A DNA stretch of 64,000 bases from Lepidodermella squamata (Eukaryota; Animalia; Gastrotricha): positions 2,790,001 through 2,854,000 of the forward strand of contig JBLDXI010000017.1 in the NCBI GenBank assembly GCA_047495785.1. Direction: 5' to 3'. Positions 22,671 to 36,728 of the stretch are shown in pieces (position 1 is the first letter of the stretch; each line of letters opens with the position of its first letter). Made by a program: the position numbers and the translations under genes. Below the pieces are notes generated by a model, which saw nothing but the letters and a program-made list of their open reading frames with translations, searched no databases and was not told the DNA's origin.

Positions 22671-25600
22671 AAACTACCCCATATTGTATATCAAAAAAGT
22701 TTCGCCGCAATAATAATTTTTAAATAATTTATCAAAATTTTATCGATGATCTTTAACAAGTAGTTTTGAAGACGCATCTCTATCTCTCTCATCGAAAAAC
22801 AACGATCTTCTTGTTAAACATGAAAAATCTTTGATTGTCTCTGTTGTCTAGTCTATTATGCGTACAAATTGTTGGCTATTATTTCGCGCTGTAAAACCCC
22901 AAGACTCTCACGTTGTAAAGCCGACGTAGTAGATTCACGAAAAATCGTAGCGTGATTGCTGTTATACTTTCTGGTTGTTAATTTTAGTTTTGTTGATGGC
23001 TTGATTTTATAGTTTAGCAAGGTTGATAATTTAATCTTTGAAAATCTCACAAATTTCTCACCTGGACAAAAAATTGTTTGTTGATTGATTAACTATACTG
23101 AATGCCTGATTTCAGTTGTAGCCTGTAGATGTGATTTTGTTGTTGACTGCTTTGTTTTTGATGGTTGATTTTGAAATTTCATTCACTCTCGCCGTAGATG
23201 ATCATCGTTGCTCTCTGTTTTTCCTAGTACAGACAAAATTTTGTTGTTGTGGATTGGTTTTTCTATCTTTTTATCGCCACCGATTTCTTCGAACTGTAAA
23301 TATACTTATCAACGACGACGCGAATAATTTATATTCTTATTCAATACAGCAAGCGAGATGTCATTATTATCATAATTGTTGAAAAATAAAAACGAATTTC
23401 TTCATCATCTTTTGTCTTGCTTTGATATAAATTATCGTCATTATCAGTGGAATAATATTATAATACTTATTGAATTTGACGAATGGCAAATAGATGAACG
23501 AATGATGAACAATATTCTCCTTTTGTGTTTTTCTTCTCTTCGGACTTTGTGGAAGCAATAATAAGAAATTAATTAAAATCTATTGTCAAACGAGATAATT
23601 TGCGTGTTTTATCGGGTTATTATTAGGCTTCGCCAACGCTCATCGAGAGTTGATTCGGCTCTGGATCATCTTCAGTCTCGCGGCGGGCAATTAAATGGTA
23701 AATTATTTGGCGCTCGAGGCGCTCTCTTCATAGCCGCGGCAAAACAGTATCGGCATGCGGCTCTGTGAGTTATGCACGCGCGTCATTTTTATCGAATCGA
23801 GCGTTATCTTAATAAGCTTTGTCGGGCTGGTTTCTTGCGCAACGAACAGGGCGGTCTTCACCAGGTATCGTGTTATCTGGTTCCACCTTGTACTTTTACT
23901 TAACTGTTAAAAGTTCCGAGCACAGAGACAAGGACGCGCGACAGCTTGTGACACGGATGGAAATATCTTTGCCGAATAACAAATAATAATAATAGTAATA
24001 CCCGCCTGCAGATGTTGAGAAACCATAAGGATGAGGGGTTTTTGCCGATAAAATTATAATATCGTCTTGGCGCCATTTAGAGCAAACACTCAACAACTCG
24101 CGGTGATGTATCGAGCAACGGTAATTGCCGTTGTTATGAAAATTAGCCGTGCATTGATGTTTTTCGCGATAAAAACCGTGATTTTGAAGGTGCGGGCCCT
24201 TGTTCCGCCTCGTTGTGACACCGTTGCGCCTGCTCGATCTTTTGACAACGTAAGAACAAAGACAAACGGGCGCGTAAAGAAACGCGGCGCGATGGTGATG
24301 TCACCTCGGAACTTCTTGGCCGTATGAGGCGACTTTTGTATTATTTGGCAAGTTTGCTTTTCCTTTGATTGACGCGAACAGTGCGCAACCGTCGCTATAG
24401 TATTTCCGCCCCCTAGCCTGGTCGTGTTTACCCGGGTTGATGCTGCTCTCGTCGGTTTTAGGATTTTGATAGACACCAGTGCCACCCCGAAATTGCCGCT
24501 GAGACCCGGGCGAAAAGCCGTCGATGCCGTTCAATATTTGCGCTAGGGCCACTTCAGCGACGGCTTGTCAACGCTCTTCAAACCGAGTGAATTCCTGCAG
24601 AGTTGCGTCGCCGTCGCTCGCTAACCTGTATGGAATATATCCTGTGCACAAGTGGCTGACGAAGAGTGTTCGCCAGCCGTACGGCAAGAGGCCCAGCGAT
24701 ACCCTCTCGTGCGTTCAGATTCCCGCACCATTGTCTGTCTTCCACCGATGCGCCCGGGCCTTATCTATATCAATGCGCCGTGTTATTATTGTCATTATCT
24801 TGTTCACCTCAACTGCCGCTGCTCCTGAAGCCCGTGCCTGGCTTACCCCGGCCTCTCGTCAGCGCCACCGGCCCCTGTTCAGAGGCAAGAAGCGTTCGAT
24901 GGCGACGGCACACATAGGCGGAGATAAAGCCGGGGCGCAGAAGACGCTGCCACTAGTGGTAAACGATAGCGCCGAGAAGAGCGCTCAAGACCGCTCGAGA
25001 GACACTCGTCGTGAGGCAAACAGCCCTGCTTTTTCGCGTACACACGCACACACACCAGCACGTTCTTTCGTTATTAGCTTTTTGCTTGCGCGCTCTCTTT
25101 CTGTACGCTCTCTCTCGGCCACTTGTCGGCCCTTGATTTGGTGCAATAAAAAGCGCATACAAACACAATGTTGTGAAAAGAAGTTATTGGCGACGCAGCA
25201 GTAGCAGCAGGTTGGCCGCCTACGACGCGTTCACCGTCGCGGGCGCTGGCAGAGATTTGCCATCAACGGCGCCTCTCCAATCGGCAAGTGCCGGAAAACT
25301 GTTTTGATCCGCACCCTTCGGCGTTACTCACTGCGGCTATAATGCATTAGTGTAGAGCACTCGTTGCCAGCTCGTCGTTTCCTTACATCGGCAATCGTAA
25401 TCGCCGGCGTGTGCTGGCCTGTTTTGTTTTGTAATTTTCGCGACATTCTTAATTAGTCTTCCGGCGCCGAATCAAAAGCAGAGCGAAAATTGAAAGAAAA
25501 CGACTCGCGCGTTGTAGCAGCAGTGTAATAAATAAACTTATTACTGATTATTATTTGAATAAAATCGACTTCCCCTAAACCCGGCCGCGCACTTTCCGGC

Positions 25601-26554
25601 GCGATGCCAGATTCGCACGCGGTAAATACTAATACAACAATAATAATATGGTAATCGCCATCGATCGAACGCGCCCCAGCCGGAACGGCCCGTCGCTTCG
25701 ATGACCCTCAAAGCGTCATTAGATGACTCGAGGCGGCGTATTATATCGTCGTGAACAAAATAATAAGCAATTTTCACTGCACTGGCGTGCCACTTGTCGG
25801 GCGCATAAATGAAAATCTCAAGTTTAATTATCTGTGTTGATGATGCCAATAATAACACTCTCGAGTCTGATTTTATTAATCTCGGTTTATTTTCCCGAAC
25901 CCCACCGCCGGGCGTGACCGCGCTCGCCGCCTTCATCATCGTTTTTGATGTCGCCGGCCTCTCGACGACCGCTGTGACGCTGCTGAACGAGCCACTTAAT
26001 TAACACACCTATCATGCGCCCGTTAAATGGCCTAATAATTTGAACACATCATAACAAAAACAAAAACTGCGTTTGTTTTGTTGTTTTTAAGGTGGCAGTG
26101 CGCGCTAATTGGCGCCTCGCTGCTGCTGTCATGTGTCTTTTTGTTGCGGCCGCGCGAGAGCACGTGCGGTTAGCCGGTAGAGGCTGTGTCGGCAGCCAGC
26201 ACGTGCCCAAGGGCCCTCGAGTGGTGGGCGCGCGCGGCACAACAGATGCGTGACTGTCGCAGCGCCATCTCGCCGCAAATGTAGCAATTGACAGTTCATT
26301 GTTTTGATTGGCGTTATTACTTCACCAAGACACACCTGATGGCCACTACACGCTCATCGAGATCTTAGGCAAACCATTTACTATTTACACAGGTGTGCCG
26401 CAAGAACTTCACAAGATGCTTGTTTCGACAATCAAAATGGGTCACAAAATTACATATTAATTACCAAAAGTTTCGGATAACAACAACGGTAAACAAAAGG
26501 CAAATTATAGACATCTTTGATGAATAAAAAAATTAGAGAATATAAAACGGTCTA

Positions 26555-28739
26555 CTATCTTCCAGTTATTTTTTCCGCTATCGCAGAGAGGTGCGAGTGT
26601 GCCGAGGCGTCCAGACTCGGGCACCGTGGTCGTAAAACTGTTGGAGCGCCATCGGGCCGTTCGACGATGCCTTGTGATGTTAAGTGAGAAAGACGTCGCG
26701 CGATGTCAGGAACTGTAATTTTTTTGTCGTAGACAATGACCGGTGTCTGGAATCCCTTGTGATGAGGGGCCAAGCTAATGCTCCGTTGGTAATTAGGTCT
26801 ACTTGTCGGAGTAACCGCCAATGGTTCAGGATGAGGGATTGGACTCTGAAAAAATGCATCGAAAAATTACCAGAAAATTCTTAGTTAAAAAATAAACTTG
26901 CCACTTTGGAGGTTTTACGATGACTGCCAATGAAAAAACCAAGCTTTTTCCCGAAAGGTGTCGATTTCCTGCTACTGTCACTGTGGTGATGGGTGGAAAT
27001 TGTCCCGTCAGGAGATGTAGATTCGATGGTTACATTCGGATCAGAGTCATCGCTCGATGAGTCTGTTCCGCTTGACTTGCTCATTAGAAAAGCTTTATTC
27101 GTCGATCCGTGACTATCCGAAAGATTTTTCCTCACCGGAGTTGCAATTGATAACTTTGATTTGAGGAGAAAATCTGGCTCGGCCTCGTTGATTTCATCTT
27201 CCAACAAGTAAGGCAAACTCGAGGTTCTTCTTCGGGATCGAAATTTCAGCTTGTTGCTAGTATCTTTTGGCTTGTGGATAGAAATCGATACCCCATCGTC
27301 GTAAGATATCGCCGATTGCGCCCGGGACCGATTGGTTTGGAAGCTGCTATTCTTCGGCCGTTCAACCTCAGGATCGACAACAGAAACGTGGCGAACCCCG
27401 GCAAACGACCTCGTTCTCGGCAATTCGACTATAGACATTCGGCTCTACTCAAAAATTAAAATATTATTTCAATTTCCGAGGCTTCTAAGAATTACCTTTA
27501 GCTTGAAGACGACTTTCTTGCTAGCCTTATTGATGACCTTGGTAGCTCGAGCTCGCATCATATGCATGATTAAAGAAATAAGCATGGATAGCCATCCGAG
27601 GCCGAGCAGCAACCAGATGTTCAAAAATACTCGATACCAATGAGGGCAGTCTTCTCTTGTCCCTATAAAATGACTTGAAGATTGGTGAAAAGGGGAGGAA
27701 TGTCAGAGTTTTCTCACCTGCGACAAGATCGCCCAGACCCACCGTTGTGAGGGACATGATAGCATCTGAAAAATTATTGTAACAAGACTGATCTTTAAAG
27801 AAACAAAAGAAACTTACAATATATTCCGTCGATGTAGGTCCAATTTTCGTACCAGCTGAAGATGAAGGAAGGCAGAAAGATGAAGACCACAGAGCCAGCG
27901 ATAACAATGGCAATAAAGTGGCCGAAAAGGAACCAAGTTCTGAGTCGCTTTTTGACGTGAACTTTCTTGCGCATTTTTTCCAAATGGCTGAATATCAACT
28001 CGCCAATGCCTGCCATCCAGATTCCGATGAGCGGAATTCCCAATACCGCGTAAATGCATGAAACAGCTCTGCCGATCGGTGTTACAGGAGCAATCGAGCC
28101 ATAACCTTCGTTAATGTATTCTCTGCAGTGCAGGTATTCTGACGAAATTTCCAATTATAAAAGACATTTACCTACTGTGGTCACGACCGTTTGCGCGTAA
28201 AAAATGGCGTCGTAAAGCGACCACTGGTTACCGGCTGGTTTTTTGTGACGTATAGTTGTTTGCAGGACTGCCTTTCGCTCCTGGTGGTGCAGATGCTCGC
28301 CATTGTCGGGTCGCATGTCCGAGTAATCGTCATGCAACGCTGAATCATTGTGACCATTCGCTTTTGCAGTCTCAATGTCGACAATGTCGAGTTCGAGTTC
28401 CCAATTTTTTACCGGGTGGGTAAGACCCAAACGGCTGACCGTTCGCAAGAGAAGCCGTTTCACTTCGTCTAGAGATAGCATTGGTGTAGCGGAATCCGTG
28501 TTGTTGTTAGCTTTAAAAGGAAAATAAGAAAGTTCTATTTTGAACAGCTTCGAAATCACAAAGATCCCAGCGCCCATAAATGTTGAAGAAATGAACTTAC
28601 GAATCGGGAGGTGAACGAGAATTTCGTTTGTTAAAACTTCATCTTCTCCCGAAGTTTCCAGTTTTTGGAAGATAATTCCACCAACGATGACGTAAGTCAC
28701 CATCACGCAGGTCATTGTTAACAGTACTTTCAATTCCAT
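26555..28739 (-). CDS. Two-pore-domain K+ channel (KCNK family), paralogue A, multi-exon
   Basis: M1 MELKVLLTMTCVMVTYVIVGGIIFQKLE, P1 WSLYDAIFYAQTVVTTVG|YGSIAP, M2 IYAVLGIPL, ENWTYIDGIY, P2 SLTTVGLGDLVAG, long Ser-rich tail. Confidence 0.9.
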
Positions 28740-29498
28740 GATTGATTTCTCGCAGGTCGACAGGGCCTTCAAGGCATGAGTAATGAGTTGTTTAGGAAAT
28801 TTGTGTTATATTTAGTTTGAATTGGCAAAAATTCAATTTTCGTCTTTGTGAGAGTCTCAATTCAAAGATAATCTTCAAGCACGTGCCACACGAAAACACA
28901 TGGTGCCTTAAGTTAATAATAAACCAATTTATTTGCTGTCCTCAAAGGGCAGACAACATTTGAAACTCTTGACTGATGTCCCACCAAAGAATTATTACCC
29001 TAATGACGCCCGTTACCTCGATTTCCATAAAGAATTGACAACCAGGATTGCTCAATCTTTATATAGATTCAAGCTTTTATTCTCATTCTTACGGTGGAGT
29101 GGGCAACTTGGCCAGAATATTCACTTCGTCAACAATGTTAGATCAAAAAATTCTCAAACTTTCGAAACAATTCCCAGGCACCTATTCTGCAGCCTCGAAA
29201 TTTCTGAATTCGATTGGCGTTACCAGTAGATCAGAACACCGGCACCTTGGACTAAAATACTTTGTCGGAATTTTATGGAACTTTGGGCACCTGAAGTTTA
29301 CGGGGAAACTGATTGATCGGTTTTAGACTGGGGTTTGACCTGTCGTTCGAGAATTAAACAGGTGTTATCTGGAAAAGAATTTGTGGAACAGCTATCGGCT
29401 AGGTTCGAAAAACTTATCAGGCCAAGTTACCCCATACGTTCGCTGTTTATATTTATTTTTCAAAGTGACAAAGCTCAGGCTTATTTCACCACGGAAAC

Positions 29499-31499
29499 TT
29501 ATCCCGAGTCACTGACACTTCTTTCTCGAAGAATAGTTATTTTGTCCTCAAGCGATTCAAGTATGCCGTTATTAGTCATCACTACCAAATCGGCGATCTC
29601 GGGCTCCTGTTCTTCAATGGATTCGTGCCTGGATGCCGGCCGATGAAAGCTAGATGGTCGAAGCATCTGGTTTGACGCTTTTCTATCCCGATGTCCGATA
29701 CCAAGAAGAGGTTTCCAAGCAAAGTCAGTCGAATCGAAGTTCAGCGAAGAGTCATCAGCACGAGATTTCGACATTGAACCCCGCCGAGTAGGCGTTGACT
29801 CGTTACTACTCAAGCTTAAAGTTGTGTCTTTTGATAATGTTAAAACGGGAATGGTTTGCAGTGATGGCCGGCGGCCAATCGCCAGCCTTGGAATGCCGTC
29901 AATATTAGCGCTGAAGGAGCTTGTACGACGTTCCCTGACGGCGCCGAATGAAACACCACAAACTTGGCCCTCTGCAATGGGGGCTAGGTGAGCCATGGCG
30001 TAGATTGCTTTCGAGCTCTGTCGCGAGGCTGGCAATTTGCCTTGCAAAGTTACACTCTCGTAAAAATTTGGTAGCTGGTCAGGGCTTGGTATAGGATGCG
30101 TATTAGTCAACATAGCGACAGATAGCCGGCGCTGTCCAGAATAGGAATTTCGCCTTTGCTGATTCTCAAGGCGATTATTGGCGCGTCGGAGCTATGATGG
30201 GAAGAAAAATACAGTTGAACCTCTCGACAGATGAGATAGAGCTACCTTAATTCCCTCGCTGAATTTGTTTATCTTCATAGTTGCCTTTCGCATTACTTTA
30301 TTCGCTTTGGTTTTGAAGACTCGCACCGCCAGGGAAATCAACATTGACAGCCAGGCGAGACCGAAAAGCAGCCATAGATGGAAAAATATTCGGTACCAAA
30401 TCGGATCCTTATCGTCAGTTCCTTTAAATTATTCGTCAGAAAGAATCCAGTTGGCTGAGGTAGGACCTACCTGCAACGAAATCTCCTATGCCGATCGTTG
30501 CCAAAGTTATGATTGCAACTATTTAATCATAAATTTAAAATTCAAAAAAATTCTCGTGATTTACTTACAATAAACGCCTTCGTGGAAAAGCCAATTTTCC
30601 ATTGACGAGAAAATGAAAGCAGGAAAAATGACGAAAATCGTTGAACCAAGCGCCGCAACGCAAAGGGTGTAGAAAATAAGGAATTCTCGGTACCATCGAT
30701 TCTTAATGGGAGACAATCGTCCTCTGAGATTATGGAATAATACGAGTATAGTTTCACCAACAGAAGAAGCCCAAACACCTGAGAAAATTTGAATTTTTTT
30801 TTGCTTTTTCCGGACAAAATGATGTGAAACGAACCAACTAAAGGAATTCCAATGATCGCATAGATGCAAGAAAACATGCGACCGCCCGCCGTTGCAGGGG
30901 CTATATTTCCGAACCCTTCAAGAATAATCTGTTGTAGCTCAAAGTTATTATTCGGGATTAAAAATACCAATCGTTGTTATCAGAGTTTCGGCATAAAATA
31001 TCGAATTGTAAAGCGTCCAGCGATCGAGCGATTCTGAGGTAACGATGGTGCTGATAAATAGTTGAGAATTATTTTGCCCCACTGTTATGTTGATTGCCGG
31101 AGGTTTATCCAATCGAATAATGCCACTGGATATGAGCTCATTAATTAATCGAGTTCCGAATTCGTGTAAAATTTGCTCTGAGCTTGAATTGAACTCTGAA
31201 TTTATCAAAAAATAAGCCATAAAGCAGGTAAAAAAGGTATTTACCGCAACACTGAGTGAACACAAGGGAAGCTTGTTTACTTGTCGACGAATTACCTTCC
31301 ATGAATTGGAAGGCCACGCCTCCAACTATGATATATACAACAATGGCTACTGTTACAGGTAGTAGTACCTTGTAGTTTAAAATTTTACGATCCAGTTTCT
31401 AGACGGCCGCTTAATAATTATTCAGTGATGGGCTTGATTACAAATTGCAGGTGAAAGTTGAAGTGAGAAAAAGCACACTTCGCCTGAAAACTTTGCCAT
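29499..31499 (-). CDS. Two-pore-domain K+ channel, paralogue B, multi-exon (start exon tentative)
   Basis: M1 KVLLPVTVAIVVYIIVGGVAFQFME, P1 WTLYNSIFYAETLITTIG|FGNIAP, ENWLFHEGVY, P2 ITLATIGIGDFVAG. The start is modelled as MAKFSGE (31499-31479) spliced to KLDRK. Confidence 0.87.
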
Positions 31500-32025
31500 C
31501 AATAACTTTTTGAGCTTTTTTATTCACGCGGCGCGGCTTATTCATATACACCGTTGATCGGCGCACGTTGCTCGCCCTTCAAACGGACACATCATCAGAC
31601 AATCACGTTTCGTGATTAATATTAGGTCAGCGCGACTTTTTTCGGCCTGTTCGCCATTTTTTTGTCAAAGATGCGCCAAAGTTATTACATTCCTCCAGCT
31701 CAAACCAAATGTTCGATCATGAAAAGCACAATGTTAATTCCTGCAGAATTAATGAGTGTGGAACTTCATTTAATTTTGGGTCGTTATATTCAAACTTTCG
31801 AACTTTTCCAAAAATTTCGAATAGGTACCTATTACGATACCGGAATGAAGGAAGAATATAAAAAAACGCAAACTTATTTAAATACGAATATCCACTCCGT
31901 TTAATATTTTAGGGTATAGGTATCAACAAGACTCTTTTAAAGACAGGGGCGGATACTTTTATTTAAAAACAACATAATTATTTATCAAAATCGGGAGCAT
32001 CAATAAAATAGTAAATATCTCAAAA

Positions 32026-34090
32026 TTAACATCTATCGCAGCTTTTACTGCGAGGTCGTAAAACCGTAATTTCATCACTAAGTGATTCAGCGATGCCGTT
32101 ATAAGTGATAACGACAAAGTTGTCAGCACCATTAAAGTTTTGCTTTGCGACGTCGGAATTCTCCGAATTTTCGGATATCGCGGGTAAACGACTTGTTTCT
32201 CCGCCGTCTGCTACTATGCGGGATTGCTGAGTTTTCACAAAAATTGGTTGCTGCCGAGATTGCCGTCGCGAAGTCGGGGCACTGAGGCTTATTGGCGATT
32301 GTGGAGGTGATTTACTGTCCGCTGTGGCTTCGTCTTCAGGCGCAATGACGTTGATCACAATTCCGCAATCGGTTGCATGGGTGCTTCCAGGGTTTGATAA
32401 TTGTTCAAGAACGCTGTTATTGAAATTGACCGTTTCTTGCAGTAAATTTTTGTCAAATAATAAGACGCTTGCCCCTCCAAGACCGAGAGACGGCCGTCGT
32501 TTTGACGTCTGAATAACTAAGTCGTCTCCAACAATCCATGAAGGCCTTCGCCTATTTTCCCATGTTTTAATATCCAAAGTGCTGTCAACTTCCTGAATGG
32601 TTGGCATTTGGATGCTAAAAGGTGGCAGAGGACTTTCGATGATTGAACCCTTTCGAGATTGAGATCGTGGCGACACGCTGATTGGAATGCGAGAGCTTTC
32701 ATCAGCGACTACAACAACGCTAGCAGCTCGGTGCAAAAATGACGATTGCCGTAAATATTTATTTTTAGCCGACTCGCTTTCATCCTGCGGCACTAGATCC
32801 TGCTTATCTTCAGCTGGCATAACTCGGCGAGCATTTCCAGATGACAGATCTATAACGTGTACAGCTGATGTAGTTTTCGAAAGCATGACTGATACTTGGC
32901 GTTTGCCAGCGAATGATTTGCGACGTTGTAGAATTCTGTTATTAGATTGGAATTTCTACGAAATTTGTTATAAAAATTATTGCAACTAGTAGAATTCTTA
33001 GCGTAAGTTTACCGTTATCTCAGTTTTAATATGCAATACAGTCTTCTCTGCCTTTTTCACGACCAACGTGGCTCTTGTTCGGTAGATATTCACGGCTAAC
33101 GAGATAATCATGGATAGCCAGCCGATGCCGAACAGCAGCCAAAAGTGCATGATTACCCGGTACCATCCCGGAGCATTTTCCGCGGATCCAGCTACCAAAT
33201 CGCCCAGACCAACAGTCGCTAATGTTATTATGGTGACTACAAATAAATAATAAATTTTAACCTGCGTTCGACACGAAACAGGAAAATCGTACAATAAACA
33301 CCATCGCCATACGTCCAACCCTCCATCAAGCTGAACATTAACGCCGGGCAGAATACGAAAATGGCTGAGCCAATTATCGCTATCACGATTATTTCTACAA
33401 TCAAAAATTGCAGATGCCACTTTTTTGCTATATCCACGCGTTTTCGAAGTTTCGTAGCGTTGTGGATTATTAGTTCGCCAATACCAGTCGCCCAAAGACC
33501 GACCAGGGGTATGCCAATGATAGCATACAAACAGGTGACCAGCTTACCAGCAGTTGTTGAAGGAGAAATTTGTCCATAACCTATTAAATCGATAAATAAT
33601 ACATAAATCCCGAGTGGCTGGATTTATTCCAACCTATTGTTGTGACTATAGTCTCTGCATAAAAAATTGAGCCATACAAGTCCCACTTTTCGCGATACTG
33701 ACGGGTAACAGCAGCATGGATATATAAATCTTCGGAGTTGTTACGCGCATCACCGCTTCGATTGAATCGATCTTTAACAGTCACATTTAGAGACCAACTG
33801 TCAGCGATCACCACTTTTGATAGTAATTCTAGCAAGAACGCCTTCAGGTTCTCTTCATCGATGCATGTCTTATCACTTCCTATATTGTAGAATGAATTCA
33901 ATTTGATAGAATTTTAACTACTTAAATTAAATTTCCTACCTAGTTTCTGAACTGCGTTCGAGATTGTTACCTCCGGAATTGGTTCGGTATTTTCGGGTGA
34001 TTTCCGCTCCATGTATTGAAACATTAATCCACCAAGAACAATGTAGACCGCAATTATGAGGGTCAACAACACAAACACCTTTACATCCAT
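32026..34090 (-). CDS. Two-pore-domain K+ channel, paralogue C, multi-exon
   Basis: M1 MDVKVFVLLTLIIAVYIVLGGLMFQYME, P1 WDLYGSIFYAETIVTTIG|YGQISP, EGWTYGDGVY, P2 ITLATVGLGDLVAG, M4 WYRVIMHFWLLFGIGWLS. Confidence 0.9.
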
Positions 34091-34511
34091 AAGGCGAGCT
34101 GCATGGCATGCCTACCAGCTAAGGAAATACGTAATTTTTTCGCGTGGACTAATTTTTGATGAAAGGATTATGCGTGTGCAGCTTATTAACACCTGTATGC
34201 TGTGAAGTGGTAGACTTTAATTGTGGGTGAAAGCTACACTGCATAGGCATCAACAAAAAAGTTGCACCTCAACAGTTTTGTAGTGAAAATTCACGGCTTT
34301 AAAACTCCAGCACCGGTGTATATTCGTGCATTCTACGGTCAGGTTATTCTGCTTTTACTGGGTTAGGGAAATGCTTAGATTACCTGTATAGTTTAATGTG
34401 GATATCTGCACTGCTTCTCATTTTGGATCCGGAATGCTTTGATTACATCCCAGATAAGACTTCAACATAAAATAAGCTCTGCTTTGGCACTTTCGGTTTA
34501 TTTATCTCATT

Positions 34512-36728
34512 TTATTGTTCACAGATCTTGATAATTTGGCTGGCAAGATTTGATAGTCCAACTCGGGCGAATTTCGTAGATATTTCTTTGAGGCTATTTA
34601 TCGTTTCGGTGTTTTGCCGACACTCATTTTGAAGCAGAAGCAGTATTTCATCACCTGTGTTAAAAATTAGAATTAGAAAAATTAGATCAAAACATCAAAT
34701 TCCAACCAACCAATAATTTCGACAAGGGCGAGTTTATCAAAATTTTCTGGAGGCTCGGCTAGAATTTTTAAGGCTGATGGAATAGCTTCGACAATAGCGA
34801 TGGCCGTATTAATGTCGTACTCTGACTGCTTCAAAACTTCCTCCAGAAACTGTGGAGATGGATGTTTAACAAATGCTAGAGCACAATCCTCGCTTGTCAG
34901 TTTGAACTGATTAGAATATATGAAGATAATAATTTACTGCTGGCAATTTTCAAGCTTTACCTGATGTATTACCACTACTGCTGCTGAGTAACGCTTTTGT
35001 AGAACCAAGCATTCAAGAAGTAGCAAGGTAAATTCTGTTGAAGAAGGATCGTCACTTATTGCGGATCGACAAAGCGATTCCGCCAGAGCTAAGTATCGCG
35101 GGTTGCCATTTAGGAAGTACAGGTTCACAATTTTTGGAGTAAATGGCAGCCTGGAAATTTATTGTCTTATTTTCAAAAGTGCTGTTAAATATTGGAATAG
35201 TAACCTCTTTTTAGCAACCCAAGCGGAAAGCAACCAATAGCAGTCATATTCTAGTGCCGCTGATACGCAGGCTGTTAAAAACCGATGACTCAGTACGTAT
35301 CCAGTCGTTAAATGACCCAAAACTGCTTCAAGATAGAATAGTACAGGCAGGTTTTTATCGCTCGTGGAGGCGCCCTCCGGTGCAGCAACTGAAAATAGAT
35401 GTAGCGATCGAATGACTTCAGTCTTTTTACTTACCTTTGAACGCTTCCAGAGTAGCCAAATTACACAAAATTCCTGAAGGCGCCGATGCTGCAGTCTCGG
35501 CTGCTTCTTTGTAATCTCCGTTAGACAATAAACTGTGGGTCTTTTTAAGCCACTCGGCTAACGACATGTCAACATCCACTGTGACTGTATCATCTTTCTG
35601 ACCAAGGCCCTCTCGATAGTTGCTACTTTGTTCAGAGAGGGAGATCAAAAACTCAACAAATGACTCTTTTTTATCGGGCTTGCATGTTTTGAATGTTCGA
35701 AGAATGGCCTCTCCAACAGTAGCGACTCGGCTATGATCTGAGACGACTTCCCTAAGAGCTAGAACAGCATAACGCAGCCTCTCGTGCTTTAAATATAGCG
35801 CCGAACAATTTTTAGCGTGTTCGAGACGTTTGACAGTCTGCAAATCACATTGTTGAATAATTAGCGCGGGCAACTAAATGAATTGATAAATGAAACGTAG
35901 AATAACTTACTAGATTCTGCAACTTTTCTTCGAGTTTCTCATAATCCTGCAATGGTGTCCATAGGTTTCCAGATTTGCTCGCCCGTTCGATCAATGATTC
36001 TAATTCATTTAACCTTTTCTCGAGAACTTCCACGTCAGTTGTCACGTCAATATCGTCGATAGCTGTCAACAAAATTCATGCAGAACACACGCTACATTGT
36101 AATGGATGACTAACCCGTGAGGGGGAAATATTTCATTTCTGATTCATCGACCGGCTTTGGCTTTTTTAGTTCAGGGTCTGGATAGTACAGGCTTCTTCGT
36201 TCGGCGATGTTCTTATCAATTTCCAGCAGTTTATCATGCAAATCCTTGTTTTCATCCTTGAGGCCATTTAAATGATTTTCAAGAGCTTGAATACGCTTTT
36301 CTTGGTGCTTTATTGAGGCTTGACAATTGATCGCACGGCTAAGAAACTAATTATGAAATAGCAATAGCAACCCTAAAGTCCTTTACCTTAGAACAGCTTC
36401 GTCTCCCACAACTTTCTGATTTTTATCAACGTAAAGATCAACGGTTTGTCGGTAACAGTCTTCGATCGTCGAAAGCAATGAAGACATAGTTGGGCATTGA
36501 TTTATTATCTGTCAATTCGTCATAAAATGAACGTGCCTCACATATAAAATTCGAGCAAACCATTTGCATTGCAGTTTGATGGACAAAAAACCGAGCCTCC
36601 AAATCGTCAGGATCAATGAGGGAGAGCTCTTTTTTCAAAAATTCAGAAACCTGTCCCACAAAATATGATTCCACTCCAGCACTGCTATTGGGAGTGGTTC
36701 CATCACCATGCAACTCTGCTGTTTCCAT
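34512..36728 (-). CDS. CLHC1: Clathrin heavy chain linker domain-containing protein 1-like, multi-exon (start tentative)
   Basis: N-terminal helical and coiled-coil exons, then the clathrin-linker-like LLSNGDYKEAAETAASAPSGILCNLATLEAFK...LPVLFYLEAVL and WLLSAWVAKKRLPFT. No clathrin propeller or CHCR array. Confidence 0.75.

Noticed and set aside
24524-25204. 226-aa plus-strand ORF downstream of Nkx2.1
   Set aside because: No recognisable domain; composition fits GC-rich regulatory DNA with simple repeats.
31398-31499. K2P-B lacks the Met found in A and C, suggesting a leader-donated AUG
   Set aside because: A phase-compatible upstream cis exon (MAKFSGE) explains it more simply.
34360-34368. 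CCCTAACCC (minus strand), a telomerase-template-like 9-mer between TEP1 and RTEL1
   Set aside because: One 9-mer is expected by chance in 128 kb of strand sequence. It fits a CTAAC branch point in a probable K2P-C leader intron.
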